64,000 nucleotides of DNA from a virus (lineage: Duplodnaviria; Heunggongvirae; Uroviricota; Caudoviricetes), in IMG/VR virus record IMGVR_UViG_3300009419_001390, one strand, 5' to 3'. A program made the translations under genes and the position numbers. Shown here one piece after another: positions 18,809-28,316 of the stretch (positions are counted from its first letter, which is position 1; each line of letters starts with the position of its first letter). The notes beneath the pieces are model-generated. The model worked only from the letters and a program-made list of their open reading frames with translations, had not been told where the DNA came from and searched no databases.

Positions 18809-19034
18809 ACAAGCAAGTTTGGACATTATTGAATATTACAAACGCTATTGGATGGACATCATTGGCACACGTGGATTCAAAGGTGACAAGACTGTTAATC
18901 CACTTACGCAATTTAATGCGCTGTTTGAATATGTAGAAGAAGAAACCGAGGAGACCGAACAAGATGAGGAAATGGCAAAAGATTCAGCAGAGAGTAGACT
19001 TGGAGACATACTTAGACTTGACCACGGAGGGTGA
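18783..19034 (+). pseudogene. probable out-of-frame C-terminal segment of DpdA
   Basis: Overlapping +1 frame without an RBS; reads DAIFAAPTKQASLDIIEYYKRYW...QFNALFE, continuing naturally from ...FRDI. Confidence 0.6.
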
Positions 19035-19038
19035 ACAA

Positions 19039-19224
19039 ATGGGTGATTGGACAAATCGTGTTAAACATTTGGAAGAAGCACACAGAGTGCTTGATCTCAA
19101 ACTCAACGAAATGGAACGTCATCCTCATGTGGACGAATCAAAGGTTGCGGAACTCAAGCGTCAGAAGTTAAAATACAAAGACGAAATCCAAAAATTGCAA
19201 CAGCAACACAAAGGTGAAGTATGA
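19039..19224 (+). CDS. DUF465/YdcH-like small coiled-coil protein
   Basis: GGAGG RBS; LEEAHRVLD...LKRQKLKYKDEI. Confidence 0.75.
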   Translation: MGDWTNRVKHLEEAHRVLDLKLNEMERHPHVDESKVAELKRQKLKYKDEIQKLQQQHKGEV

Positions 19225-19535
19225 ATTGGTTTGATAAATGGATAGCTAAAAAAGTGCGCCGAGCATGGGAGAATTCCCAAGATGAAAAACAAAGTTATAC
19301 TCTAAACTCAATTGGAATTAAAACCGCTGAGTTAGTGTCAAGAGATCGCATGGACAGTAACCCAGACTTGAACTTTCGCATGTTCCGTGCAGAAAATGGA
19401 TATGTAATGGAAGTTCGATACAACGATCGTCGTACCGACCGCACAACCACTAACTTGCATCTTATTTCTGATGATCAAGATCTAGGGCAAAGCATTGCTC
19501 ATATCATAACCGTTGAATCACTAAAGGTATCATAA
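19221..19535 (+). CDS. hypothetical protein
   Basis: 104-aa ORF, coupled. Confidence 0.7.
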   Translation: MNWFDKWIAKKVRRAWENSQDEKQSYTLNSIGIKTAELVSRDRMDSNPDLNFRMFRAENGYVMEVRYNDRRTDRTTTNLHLISDDQDLGQSIAHIITVESLKVS

Positions 19536-20050
19536 TGGATCGTCCAGAGCACGATGGCGCTGACTTCTTTGTTGGAACAGAAGTAGAACACTCACCGGCA
19601 TTTGGCATGCGCACACTGTTTGTTATTGGTGTACAAGATCCTGCACGTATAGTGGGCCTGGCACAAAAAAACAACTGCGAACACATCTACTTTGGTGCCA
19701 ATCAAAGTTTTACCAATCCTGACACAAACAATGGTGATGAATGGCGACGTTGGGAAACCATGATCGGTAACTGTTTGATGCACGGAGTCTGGTGTACACT
19801 AGACGTCGACGTAACAGCCGCAGAAGGTTTGCTTGAAGGCACACTAATTGATCACTCTAGATTTATTCCAATGATCAGTGTAAAATTGCCCTATGCCAAA
19901 CTATACAATTACAACACTACTATCAAGATTGACGACAAAGATTTTGAAGCAACAAATCCAGGCGTATGGTGTCACAGTTTACATGACCTAAAAAATCGTG
20001 CTGTGTTTACAGACTGGTCTAAATATACTCAAGACGAGGTAATAAAATGA
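19535..20050 (+). CDS. conserved hypothetical protein in the Dpd cluster
   Basis: FFVGTEVEHSPAFG..TLFV, HIYFGANQSF, NPGVWCH; translationally coupled to the DpdL-like gene. Confidence 0.75.
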   Translation: MDRPEHDGADFFVGTEVEHSPAFGMRTLFVIGVQDPARIVGLAQKNNCEHIYFGANQSFTNPDTNNGDEWRRWETMIGNCLMHGVWCTLDVDVTAAEGLLEGTLIDHSRFIPMISVKLPYAKLYNYNTTIKIDDKDFEATNPGVWCHSLHDLKNRAVFTDWSKYTQDEVIK

Positions 20051-20490
20051 CATATGATGAAAGAAGACAAACTGAAATCAACAGCGAAGTAGCAGAACGC
20101 ATGATCTGGGTAAAGTTCCAGAAAGAAGGAATTCACAAATATCCCGCTGCCTTGGAGGATCCTAAACTTGCAGACGTATCTTTTCTTGGCTATCCTCATC
20201 GCCATATTTTCCATTTCCGGGTGTCAATCAGTGTCTTCCACAACGACAGGGACATCGAATTTATTCAATTCAAAAGGTGGCTTGAATCACTGTATTCGGG
20301 ACAACCAAATAGTTTGCAACTCGACTATAAGAGTTGCGAAATGATCGCAGATGACTTATATGTCCAAATCAACTCGCGTTATCCTGGCAGACATGTTATA
20401 CTCAGTGTGAGCGAGGACGACGAAAACGGATGTGAGATTGTATACCGCGATCCACGTCAACCCGAGAAAACCTTTTACCATCCCGTCTAA
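20047..20490 (+). CDS. QueD-like T-fold protein, DpdL-like (putative CDG decarboxylase)
   Basis: LGYPHRHIF fits LxxxHRHxF; EFI and SCEM motifs; lacks the QueD CxxxHG motif. Confidence 0.7.
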   Translation: MTYDERRQTEINSEVAERMIWVKFQKEGIHKYPAALEDPKLADVSFLGYPHRHIFHFRVSISVFHNDRDIEFIQFKRWLESLYSGQPNSLQLDYKSCEMIADDLYVQINSRYPGRHVILSVSEDDENGCEIVYRDPRQPEKTFYHPV

Positions 20491-20504
20491 TAGGAGAAAT
20501 CAAG

Positions 20505-20822
20505 ATGGCACAACCTAAATGGCTAGAGAAATATCTTCGCATGAAGCCAGAAGTAGAACAGATCTATGAGGATCTAGAAAAGTACAAAGAGTTCTGTGTA
20601 AGTCACGGCAGACTGTTTAATGAGGCTGCGCTGTACAACGAACGTGACCGTGACTTCATTGACTTCTTGAAGTTCCAAGAACGTGGTTACGCAAAGAACC
20701 AATGGAACTGGGCCAACAAGGATCCCAACGAAGTACGCAAGCCGTACACAGGTCCTCGTCGTGAAGGCGGACAAGGTGGTTATAAAGGCAACAACTTCCG
20801 GAGCAACTACCGCAATGCGTAA
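20505..20822 (+). CDS. hypothetical protein
   Basis: AGGAG RBS; Gly/Arg/Asn-rich tail. Confidence 0.7.
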   Translation: MAQPKWLEKYLRMKPEVEQIYEDLEKYKEFCVSHGRLFNEAALYNERDRDFIDFLKFQERGYAKNQWNWANKDPNEVRKPYTGPRREGGQGGYKGNNFRSNYRNA

Positions 20823-22005
20823 GCTATACTACATGGGCTTGGAGTCTTACAAGGCTCGATATACTCTGCAACTGACAGAGTGGAACAAGCGTGTGTTTGA
20901 TGCACGTGGACTAGATGTAGTCTACGTGCCAGGCTTGACCCTAGACAACAGTCAAAAGATTGTTGTGGGTCAAGTGTTAGATGCACACGGTCGCAGTTAC
21001 TTTGGCATGAGCCAGATGATGAATCTTGTGCGACTCATGCAACAAGGCGAAGTCACCAGTGAAGATGTGATCTACTTTGAAGACATGTTCCAGCCGGGCT
21101 TTGAAAGTCTTGGTTACATTATCAACCAAGTTCCGCAAGAAATGCGTCCACGTATTTTTGTACGCTGTTTGGCGCAGGCAATTGATCCAGATGACTTTGT
21201 TCATGTATGGGGTATGGGCAAGTGGATGATGGACTATGAACGCATGGTCAATGACATTGTGTCTATCTCTGGTGGTGCTGTGTTGGCTACCAATGAAGAG
21301 ATGGTCATGCACATGAAGGTAGCGGGCTGGACTGCTCCCGTCTACAATATTTCAGGCTTGGCATTTGGCAAGAGCGAAGTACGTGAACGTGTGCCAGGTG
21401 AGCTCAAGCCATTTGACAAACGAGCATTCCGTGTGGGCTTTGCCGCACGTTGGGATCAAGAGAAGCAACCAGACTTCTATATGGATCTAATTGAGCTGTG
21501 GGCAGAACGTCATCCAGGTGAGCGCCTGGAGTTTGCGTTGTTTTCTGGTGCCAAACTAAAAAGCAACAACGACAGCTACATGGCTCGTACCAGAGATCTG
21601 CAGGCACGTGGATTGCTTACAATCTACGAGGACCTAGAGAAAAATGATTACTATACTTTGCTTGCTGATACAAGGGTTTTGTTTAATTGTGCATTACAAG
21701 ACTGGGTATCTAACACAGTTTCAGAAGCGGATACTTTGGGTACTAATGTTCTTTACCCTGCTTATAGAAGTTTTCCCGAGACTTTTGCTAACGACCTAGA
21801 ACGTCTTTACATACCCTGGAGTCTGGAAGATGCTATTGGCAAGTTGGAAAAGTTAATTCGTAAGCCGCATGCTAATCAAGGCAAGATTTCAGACTGGACC
21901 AATGGCACAGTTGATCGTATTGTGGACATCCTTGAAGGCAAGGGCGAGCAATGGTTGCGTATGAGCACAGACTACCGCAAGCACACACATGAGTCAAAAT
22001 TTTGA
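20815..22005 (+). CDS. GT-B fold (GT4-like) glycosyltransferase
   Basis: FAARWDQEKQP acceptor/donor motif, FNCALQDWVSNTVSEA (ExxxxxxxE-equivalent position), YRSFPE. Confidence 0.75.
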   Translation: MRKLYYMGLESYKARYTLQLTEWNKRVFDARGLDVVYVPGLTLDNSQKIVVGQVLDAHGRSYFGMSQMMNLVRLMQQGEVTSEDVIYFEDMFQPGFESLGYIINQVPQEMRPRIFVRCLAQAIDPDDFVHVWGMGKWMMDYERMVNDIVSISGGAVLATNEEMVMHMKVAGWTAPVYNISGLAFGKSEVRERVPGELKPFDKRAFRVGFAARWDQEKQPDFYMDLIELWAERHPGERLEFALFSGAKLKSNNDSYMARTRDLQARGLLTIYEDLEKNDYYTLLADTRVLFNCALQDWVSNTVSEADTLGTNVLYPAYRSFPETFANDLERLYIPWSLEDAIGKLEKLIRKPHANQGKISDWTNGTVDRIVDILEGKGEQWLRMSTDYRKHTHESKF

Positions 22006-22213
22006 TTTTGAACTTTGGTACCAAATGCTCACGGAAGAACTTTGGTGGAAAGAAGTTGGTCCAGAATACGCCACCGACGTTTATCAAAACACAGTAAATG
22101 CCTGGGGACATGGTATGAACTACTATGCTCAGGATGGCGTTGGTGGTGCAGTAGACTTGACAAAACTCTACGAACAATGTAAACTAGTATCAATACTCAA
22201 GAAGGAGATTTAA
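21989..22213 (+). CDS. hypothetical protein
   Basis: 74-aa coupled ORF. Confidence 0.55.
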   Translation: MSQNFDFELWYQMLTEELWWKEVGPEYATDVYQNTVNAWGHGMNYYAQDGVGGAVDLTKLYEQCKLVSILKKEI

Positions 22214-22214
22214 T

Positions 22215-22910
22215 ATGTTTGGAGCAAATTATACAGACGGTGGCATAATGAACTATCGTTCTGCAAGCGAAATCAACTCAGCAATGGGTCGTGTATACGG
22301 ACACATGAGTCTGGCTGTGCTTGTGTCAATGTTTGTGAGTTATTTTGTAGGCACCAGTCCAGAGTTGCTACAATTCTTTTTTACAGGTGTGCTAAAGTGG
22401 ATTGTGATCTTTGCACCGCTGGCGGCAATCTTTGGCGTGAGCTATGTTCTGGGTAACAACCCCAGTAAAGGTGTGGCACAACTATGCTTGCATGGCTTTG
22501 CGGCACTTATGGGATTGAGCTTTAGCATGATCTTTGCTGTGTTCAACATGGGGTCAATTGTTAGTGCGTTCATGGGTGCGGCAATCTTGTTTGGGGTGAT
22601 GAGTGGCTATGGCTACTTTACTAAAAAGGATCTAAGCTCAATGGGCCAGATGATGTTTGTGGGCTTGATTGCTATTGTGATTGCCAGCATTGTAAACATC
22701 TTTATTGGTAGTACCGTAATGCAGATGGTTATCAGTGCATTGGCCATTATCATCTTCCTGGGACTAACAGCATACGACACACAACGTATTCGTGAAGAAG
22801 TCAGTGTTGACACCAGTCCAGCCGTGGAAGTAACAGGCGCATTGTCTTTGTACATGAACTTTATCAATTTGTTCCTAAACTTGTTACAGTTGTTTGGCGA
22901 AAGAAAATAA
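22215..22910 (+). CDS. Bax inhibitor-1/YccA family membrane protein
   Basis: Seven hydrophobic helices; YGYFTKKDLS, TAYDTQRI, ALSLYMNFINLF. Confidence 0.92.
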   Translation: MFGANYTDGGIMNYRSASEINSAMGRVYGHMSLAVLVSMFVSYFVGTSPELLQFFFTGVLKWIVIFAPLAAIFGVSYVLGNNPSKGVAQLCLHGFAALMGLSFSMIFAVFNMGSIVSAFMGAAILFGVMSGYGYFTKKDLSSMGQMMFVGLIAIVIASIVNIFIGSTVMQMVISALAIIIFLGLTAYDTQRIREEVSVDTSPAVEVTGALSLYMNFINLFLNLLQLFGERK

Positions 22911-22912
22911 TC

Positions 22913-23887
22913 ATGGCAACAAAGAAACAAACCGAAGCAGAAAAACTTGCAGAACAAGAGCGTCTGATTCAAGTGCTCAAGTTTACACCACGCACCTACA
23001 GCATCTGCATGTGGGGCTACGGTGGCGAGAAAGTCATGGGTACTGTGGATCGCAAGATTTACGATTACTTCAAGCAACGTAGACTAGATGTAAGTGACTT
23101 TGCTTGGGATAGTGACTATGCAGAAGACAACAACATTCCAGAAGACATGTGGCCATTTTCTCCAGGCTCATGGTACGATTGCGACAACATGGGCCATGTG
23201 CATGGTGTTAGCCGCAATGCTGGCACACTGCAAATCTTGGACGAAAACGGTAACGCTGTATTTGAAAAGAGTTTTGATGCCATTGATGGCGGTGGTGAAG
23301 ATGGTCCAGACTGGTCATGTGGTGACGAAGTTTGGATTGGTTCTCAAGCTGACGGTACAGTAGTGTTTCTTGGCAGTAGTAATGAAAAAGGCACATTCTT
23401 TGAAGGAGAGATTGAACTCAAAGAACCTTTTGATATTACCAAACTGTGCTTGGGTTACGACGAAGTTGATGGCGAAGAAATTATCAATACTGTAACCTAC
23501 GACGACGAAGACATTGACAACAACGGTGGCAACACAGATGGTAAGAGTTCAGACTTTGGCATGTACATTGCTGGTTCACAAAAACACAATGATGGCAAGT
23601 GGGAAAAGTACACCAACATGGATGACATTGTGTACACTATGACTGAGTGGTTTCCAAAGAAAGTTCAGCCTGTGCGTGAAGGTGTTTACAATATCAAGAC
23701 TGCTGGTAAGAACAGCTACACACATCAGGCCAAATGGACTGGCTCACGTTGGATTAGTTCTTGGCAAGAAGACGGCAGTGGCACTGAAGAACTCAAAATC
23801 AAAGAGTGGCAGGGTATTGCTTACAATCCTGACGAGCAAGACCTGCGTGACGAACTAGATAAAATTATTCTAGATTCGGAGTGCTAA
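22913..23887 (+). CDS. acidic hypothetical protein
   Basis: 324-aa ORF; C-terminal EWFP..VQPVREGVY module. Confidence 0.75.
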   Translation: MATKKQTEAEKLAEQERLIQVLKFTPRTYSICMWGYGGEKVMGTVDRKIYDYFKQRRLDVSDFAWDSDYAEDNNIPEDMWPFSPGSWYDCDNMGHVHGVSRNAGTLQILDENGNAVFEKSFDAIDGGGEDGPDWSCGDEVWIGSQADGTVVFLGSSNEKGTFFEGEIELKEPFDITKLCLGYDEVDGEEIINTVTYDDEDIDNNGGNTDGKSSDFGMYIAGSQKHNDGKWEKYTNMDDIVYTMTEWFPKKVQPVREGVYNIKTAGKNSYTHQAKWTGSRWISSWQEDGSGTEELKIKEWQGIAYNPDEQDLRDELDKIILDSEC

Positions 23888-24858
23888 TGACAAAAATATT
23901 TGTAACAGGTGCAACAGGCTACATTGGTAGCCATGTGTGCAAACAACTCAAGCAGGACGGCTATGAAGTAGTTGGCCTTGACCGTGTGCATCGTGAACAT
24001 ACTATAAAGCACATGGATCGCTTTATTGAAGCTGACTATCATAGTCCTGTGTGTTTTGATGCACTGGCCTACGAACAACCAGATGCTATCATTCATCTAG
24101 CAGGTACCAGCCTTGTTGGTCCTAGCATGAGTGATCCTGCTGAATACTATACCAACAACGTGGCCAAGACTGCGGCATTGTTGGATGTGGCACGTTGGTT
24201 GGAAAAGATGCCAGTGATTGTGTTTTCTAGTTCAGCCGCTGTGTATGGCAATCCGGATGCCAAGGTCATATACGAGCACACACCATACAGTCCACTGAGC
24301 CCGTATGGTACTAGCAAGGCCATGATTGAAATCATGCTTACTGATTACAATCGTGCATATGGAATGAAAAGTGCAAGTCTACGCTATTTCAATGCCTGCG
24401 GCGCAGATCTTGACAGTGAACTAGGCCAAGAACCTGGTGCCACACACATTATTGCACGACTATTGGAAAGTGTACGTGATAACACAGAATTCACACTGTA
24501 CGGTGATGGCACTCATGTGCGTGACTACGTACACGTGACTGACCTAGCCGCCGCACATGTTATGGCTGTGCAGTATCTCATGAGCGACATGCAGGAATGT
24601 ATGGCATTGAATCTTGGCACAGGTACTGGTGCCAGCAATCAAGAGATCATTGATTTGGTTGCGCAGTTGGTTGGTACCGTGCAACTGACCAAGGCGCCAG
24701 CAAGACCAGGTGATCCAGCACAACTGGTAGCAGGCAATCTAATGGCAAAGACCACGCTGGGCTGGAGTCCTGCACATTCAGACCTCAAGACCATTATTGA
24801 ATCAGCTTGGAAGTGGTATAATAACCTACCACATGTCATTGACAAATCATCTAAATAA
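23887..24858 (+). CDS. galE: UDP-glucose 4-epimerase (extended SDR)
   Basis: GATGYIGSH, HLAG.SLVG.S..DP..YY.NN, SSSAAVYG, YGTSK, LRYFNACGA, RDYVHVTDLA.AH. Confidence 0.9.
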   Translation: MTKIFVTGATGYIGSHVCKQLKQDGYEVVGLDRVHREHTIKHMDRFIEADYHSPVCFDALAYEQPDAIIHLAGTSLVGPSMSDPAEYYTNNVAKTAALLDVARWLEKMPVIVFSSSAAVYGNPDAKVIYEHTPYSPLSPYGTSKAMIEIMLTDYNRAYGMKSASLRYFNACGADLDSELGQEPGATHIIARLLESVRDNTEFTLYGDGTHVRDYVHVTDLAAAHVMAVQYLMSDMQECMALNLGTGTGASNQEIIDLVAQLVGTVQLTKAPARPGDPAQLVAGNLMAKTTLGWSPAHSDLKTIIESAWKWYNNLPHVIDKSSK

Positions 24859-24867
24859 TCTTACAAT
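24839..24867 (+). promoter_or_regulatory. sigma70-type promoter with nested late core
   Basis: TTGACA-17-TACAAT; spacer contains CTAAATA. Confidence 0.7.
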
Positions 24868-24907
24868 ACAAACAAAGTCATCCACGACTATTAACTCGGA
24901 GAACAAA

Positions 24908-25678
24908 TTGACATACAACAAAGTATACATTAGCAACGATCCAGACGAAACAGCACTGGATGCCATGGCAGGCGATGGCGGCTACGAACTAGGTACAGCA
25001 CACAAACAGATCGCATTCAAAATGAACAGAGACAAAAAACGTTTCTGGGCAGGCGACAACATCAGTGACTATGTTGATGACAAAGCCAAAGAGCAATTGA
25101 TTGACGAAGCCACAGCGGCATTTGAACTTGTGTTAGACACGCTACTAATTGATCGACAAACCGATCCCAACAGCCAAGGCACAGCCCGACGCCTGGCCAA
25201 GATGTACTTCAATGAAATAATGGCAGGTAGATATGACACAGCACCAGACGCAACAGCATTTCCTAATGATTCAACAGACCGTTACGAAGGCATGTTGGTT
25301 GTACGCAGTGAATTGCGCAGTATGTGTAGTCATCATCATCAACCAGTTACTGGGGTCGCCTATATTGGAATCATCGCTGCCGAAAAGCTCATTGGTTTAT
25401 CTAAGTATACTCGCATTGCTCAGTGGTGTGCTAGGCGTGGTACTTTACAAGAAGAACTGGCCAATGACATCGCACGAGAAATACAAAAAGCCACAGGAGC
25501 CACAGACCTAGGTGTGTATATTCAAGCCACGCACGGATGCTGTGAGAATCGCGGCATCATGGCACACTCTAGTTTAACACAGACTACTGTGCTTAAAGGT
25601 GCATTCAAGGACGATGGTAATACAAAGAAGGAATTCTTTGACAACATTAAACTACAACAGGAGTTTGCACCAAGATGA
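24908..25678 (+). CDS. folE: GTP cyclohydrolase I
   Basis: SMCSHHHQP, GLSKY.RI, LQEEL, HGCCENRG; TTG start after GGAG. Confidence 0.95.
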   Translation: MTYNKVYISNDPDETALDAMAGDGGYELGTAHKQIAFKMNRDKKRFWAGDNISDYVDDKAKEQLIDEATAAFELVLDTLLIDRQTDPNSQGTARRLAKMYFNEIMAGRYDTAPDATAFPNDSTDRYEGMLVVRSELRSMCSHHHQPVTGVAYIGIIAAEKLIGLSKYTRIAQWCARRGTLQEELANDIAREIQKATGATDLGVYIQATHGCCENRGIMAHSSLTQTTVLKGAFKDDGNTKKEFFDNIKLQQEFAPR

Positions 25679-25905
25679 AAAATGCCGCGGAATTTGCACA
25701 AAACTTAATCGAGAGGGCTCGTAAGATGCAGAAGTTCCGCATCATTAAACCTCAGCCTGAGAGTTTTATCTTTGGTGGAAAAGTGCCATTTGACATTGCA
25801 ATCAAAGACGGAATGATGACATTTACCGTACACGCAGTAGACCTTGCAGAAGCAAATGCAATGGTTGACAAATATCTAGACGACAATTCAGCATCGGAGT
25901 GGTAA
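25675..25905 (+). CDS. hypothetical protein
   Basis: 76-aa coupled ORF. Confidence 0.65.
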   Translation: MKNAAEFAQNLIERARKMQKFRIIKPQPESFIFGGKVPFDIAIKDGMMTFTVHAVDLAEANAMVDKYLDDNSASEW

Positions 25906-25906
25906 C

Positions 25907-26440
25907 ATGAGCCATAGAGAAAAAGATTCGGCAGACTTTGATCTAGAAGCATTCATTGACTTGTTTGATGAAGCACTTACTAGTGATGATCCTAGTGTGC
26001 AAAAGACACTACAGCATCTAATGGTTATTTGTGCGTTGGCTCGTAACCATGCACAACACGATCGACGTAATGGCCCAATGCGCCGTATGTTTGAAGACCA
26101 ACATACAATACTTCGGAGGTTGGAAAGACTTGAGTCGGACCAACAGAACAAGAGGGTCTACCCTGGCGGAGGACTTGGAGGTGGCGGCATGCCGTTTGGC
26201 CCTTATGTACACCCCACCATTGTGCCTAACACAGGTGGAGGCACTGGTTGGCCGCCACAACCTGGAACTTATCCTCCGGGAACCATCTGGGCACAAGGCG
26301 GAACCTCAGACGTAGGATTTGGTGCAGTTCCTCCTGTTACATCAACGGCAACATCAACGGTTGCAGAACGTGTGGAAGATCTGTTAAAATCCAGCTACAA
26401 AGGTTCGTCTGTAGGAACAAAAAATGTTAAAATTACTTGA
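25907..26440 (+). CDS. hypothetical protein with Pro/Gly-rich tail
   Basis: 177-aa ORF. Confidence 0.65.
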   Translation: MSHREKDSADFDLEAFIDLFDEALTSDDPSVQKTLQHLMVICALARNHAQHDRRNGPMRRMFEDQHTILRRLERLESDQQNKRVYPGGGLGGGGMPFGPYVHPTIVPNTGGGTGWPPQPGTYPPGTIWAQGGTSDVGFGAVPPVTSTATSTVAERVEDLLKSSYKGSSVGTKNVKIT

Positions 26441-26894
26441 ACGTCTAGGGCGTAAACGTATCATATATGATCGTATCAACAACGAGCCATACTTGGAACG
26501 CTATTACCTGTTTCTCAAAGAGCGTGAACGTTTTCCGTTCAATGTATTTTTACACAAGTTCTTAAAAGGCGACCCAGATGATGTTCATGATCATCCTTGG
26601 CCGTATGCAACACTGATCTTGAAAGGTGGTTATTATGAATGGATTCCGGAGTTTAACTCAACTGGTATTAAAATTGGAGAAGCTCGTCACTGGCGTGGGC
26701 CCGGACACTTTCGCACTTGCAGTGCTAGCAGTTATCATCGCATCGAACTGGATCCTGGCGTAACTGCCTGGACATTGTTTATGCCTGGACCGCATACTCG
26801 TGAATGGGGATTCTTAACAGGCAAAGATCCAAAAACAAATTGGGAACACAATGAAGATTATCTCACCCGGCGTAGTAGCACTTCGTCCGTTTAA
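26424..26894 (+). CDS. cupin-fold protein
   Basis: LHKF...D.DDVHDHPW, GGYYE, YHRIEL, WTLF..GP..REWGF. Confidence 0.75.
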   Translation: MLKLLERLGRKRIIYDRINNEPYLERYYLFLKERERFPFNVFLHKFLKGDPDDVHDHPWPYATLILKGGYYEWIPEFNSTGIKIGEARHWRGPGHFRTCSASSYHRIELDPGVTAWTLFMPGPHTREWGFLTGKDPKTNWEHNEDYLTRRSSTSSV

Positions 26895-27186
26895 GATTCA
26901 TACCAATGCTCTTTCTCAAGAGATGGTAGACTTCTGGGTCATGATGGGTGCTGAAGCACAGGAAATTAGCGATGAATTCCACACGCACAGAGGCCGGCAT
27001 AGAACTGACAAGCACTATCGCATACGCATGGGCAAGGGTGACTGGAGCCACCAATTCAACGATGGTAGTGGCACCTACATCATTCACTTGCGCGAAGAAT
27101 TTGCACCAGAAGCCAGCCTTTTTATTATGAAGTATATAGACAACATTATCAACCACGACTGTAAGGTACCGGAGCCTCAACTATGA
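26851..27186 (+). CDS. hypothetical protein (start uncertain)
   Basis: Fills the gap on the coding strand; stop overlaps the next ATG. Confidence 0.5.
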   Translation: MKIISPGVVALRPFKIHTNALSQEMVDFWVMMGAEAQEISDEFHTHRGRHRTDKHYRIRMGKGDWSHQFNDGSGTYIIHLREEFAPEASLFIMKYIDNIINHDCKVPEPQL

Positions 27187-27743
27187 AACTGATTCACAAC
27201 AACAAACATCTAAACACCTGGGTGCATAAGATCATTCGAGACATGGCGCAGGATAACTGGCGCCCAGACTACATTGCAGGTATCACACGTGGCGGACTTG
27301 TGCCTGCCACTATGCTGAGTCATTATCTTGATGTGCCCATGCATACCTTGAACATCAGCTTTCGCGACAACGACCTTGGTCCTGAAAGCAATTTGTGGAT
27401 GGCCGAAGATGCGTTTGGTTATGTGCCATATGAAGGTACTGAGTTGCCAGCGCCTGCAGATCGAGTCACAACCGATCCTGCCCTGCGCAAGAAGATTCTT
27501 GTTGTTGACGATATCAATGACTCGGGTCGCACATTGAACTACATCAAACAAGACTGGCCAAGTGGTTGCTTGCCCAAAGATCCAGCCTGGGCAGATATCT
27601 GGCATGATAGTGTGCGCTTTGCTGTGATGGTAGACAATCTATCCAGCGGTTTCCAAGATGTGGACTACTGCGGCACAGAAATTAACAAACAGGAAACACC
27701 ATGTTGGATTGTGTTTCCTTGGGAAAATTGGTGGGAGAACTAA
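27183..27743 (+). CDS. type I phosphoribosyltransferase (Gpt/Hpt-like)
   Basis: GITRGGLVPA, PRPP loop ILVVDDINDSGRT, WIVFPWE. Confidence 0.9.
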   Translation: MKLIHNNKHLNTWVHKIIRDMAQDNWRPDYIAGITRGGLVPATMLSHYLDVPMHTLNISFRDNDLGPESNLWMAEDAFGYVPYEGTELPAPADRVTTDPALRKKILVVDDINDSGRTLNYIKQDWPSGCLPKDPAWADIWHDSVRFAVMVDNLSSGFQDVDYCGTEINKQETPCWIVFPWENWWEN

Positions 27744-27746
27744 AAG

Positions 27747-28235
27747 ATGTTAAACAGTAAGAAAGTTGGCTTCACAGCCTCAACATTTGATTTGCTACAT
27801 GCAGGGCACATTGCCATGCTCAAAGAAGCAAAAGAGCACTGCGAATATTTGATTGCAGGGTTACAAAACGATCCCACATTGGATCGTTCAACAAAAAACA
27901 AACCTATTCAAAGTATTGTAGAACGACAACTACAACTAGAAGGTTGCAAGTTTGTGGATGAAGTTTGGGTCTACAACACAGAAAAAGATCTTGAAGACTT
28001 GTTGCTCACATTACCAATTGATGTACGTATCTTGGGTGTGGAATACGAAGGCAAAGAGTTTACAGGTCGTGAAATTTGTCACAAGCGAGGCATTGAATTG
28101 TATTTCAATGGTCGTGATCACAGTTTCAGTTCTAGCGAACTTCGTCAACGTGTGCATGCCGCAGAAAAGTTCAAAAAGGAACTAGGGCCTGACCCAGTGG
28201 GCGCAGATGATACAGGTGGCCCTAGCCCACGATAA
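27747..28235 (+). CDS. TagD-like cytidylyltransferase
   Basis: TFDLLHAGH (HIGH-type), ERQLQLEGCKFVDEV, RDHSFSSSELR. Confidence 0.88.
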   Translation: MLNSKKVGFTASTFDLLHAGHIAMLKEAKEHCEYLIAGLQNDPTLDRSTKNKPIQSIVERQLQLEGCKFVDEVWVYNTEKDLEDLLLTLPIDVRILGVEYEGKEFTGREICHKRGIELYFNGRDHSFSSSELRQRVHAAEKFKKELGPDPVGADDTGGPSPR

Positions 28236-28238
28236 ATA
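28232..28238 (+). promoter_or_regulatory. late promoter core (ATAAATA)
   Basis: Overlaps the upstream stop and directly precedes the structured queD leader. Confidence 0.55.
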
Positions 28239-28244
28239 CTTGTT

Positions 28245-28316
28245 CCAAGCGGCCTTGGCTTCACCCCGCTATATCAAACTCTGCCAGCCTATGCTACACA
28301 ACATAGGAGAAACAGC
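28245..28316 (+). ncRNA. candidate preQ1-I-like riboswitch (cis-regulatory leader of queD)
   Basis: P1 AGCGG/CCGCT, loop TTGGC complementary to GCCAG, A-rich linker, CCTATG/CATAGG stem occluding SD AGGAG, competing CCAAG/CTTGG hairpin. Confidence 0.55.

Noticed and set aside
26863-27180. Minus-strand 105-aa ORF
   Set aside because: The + strand ORF 26851-27186 fits the operon direction and overlaps the next start codon.
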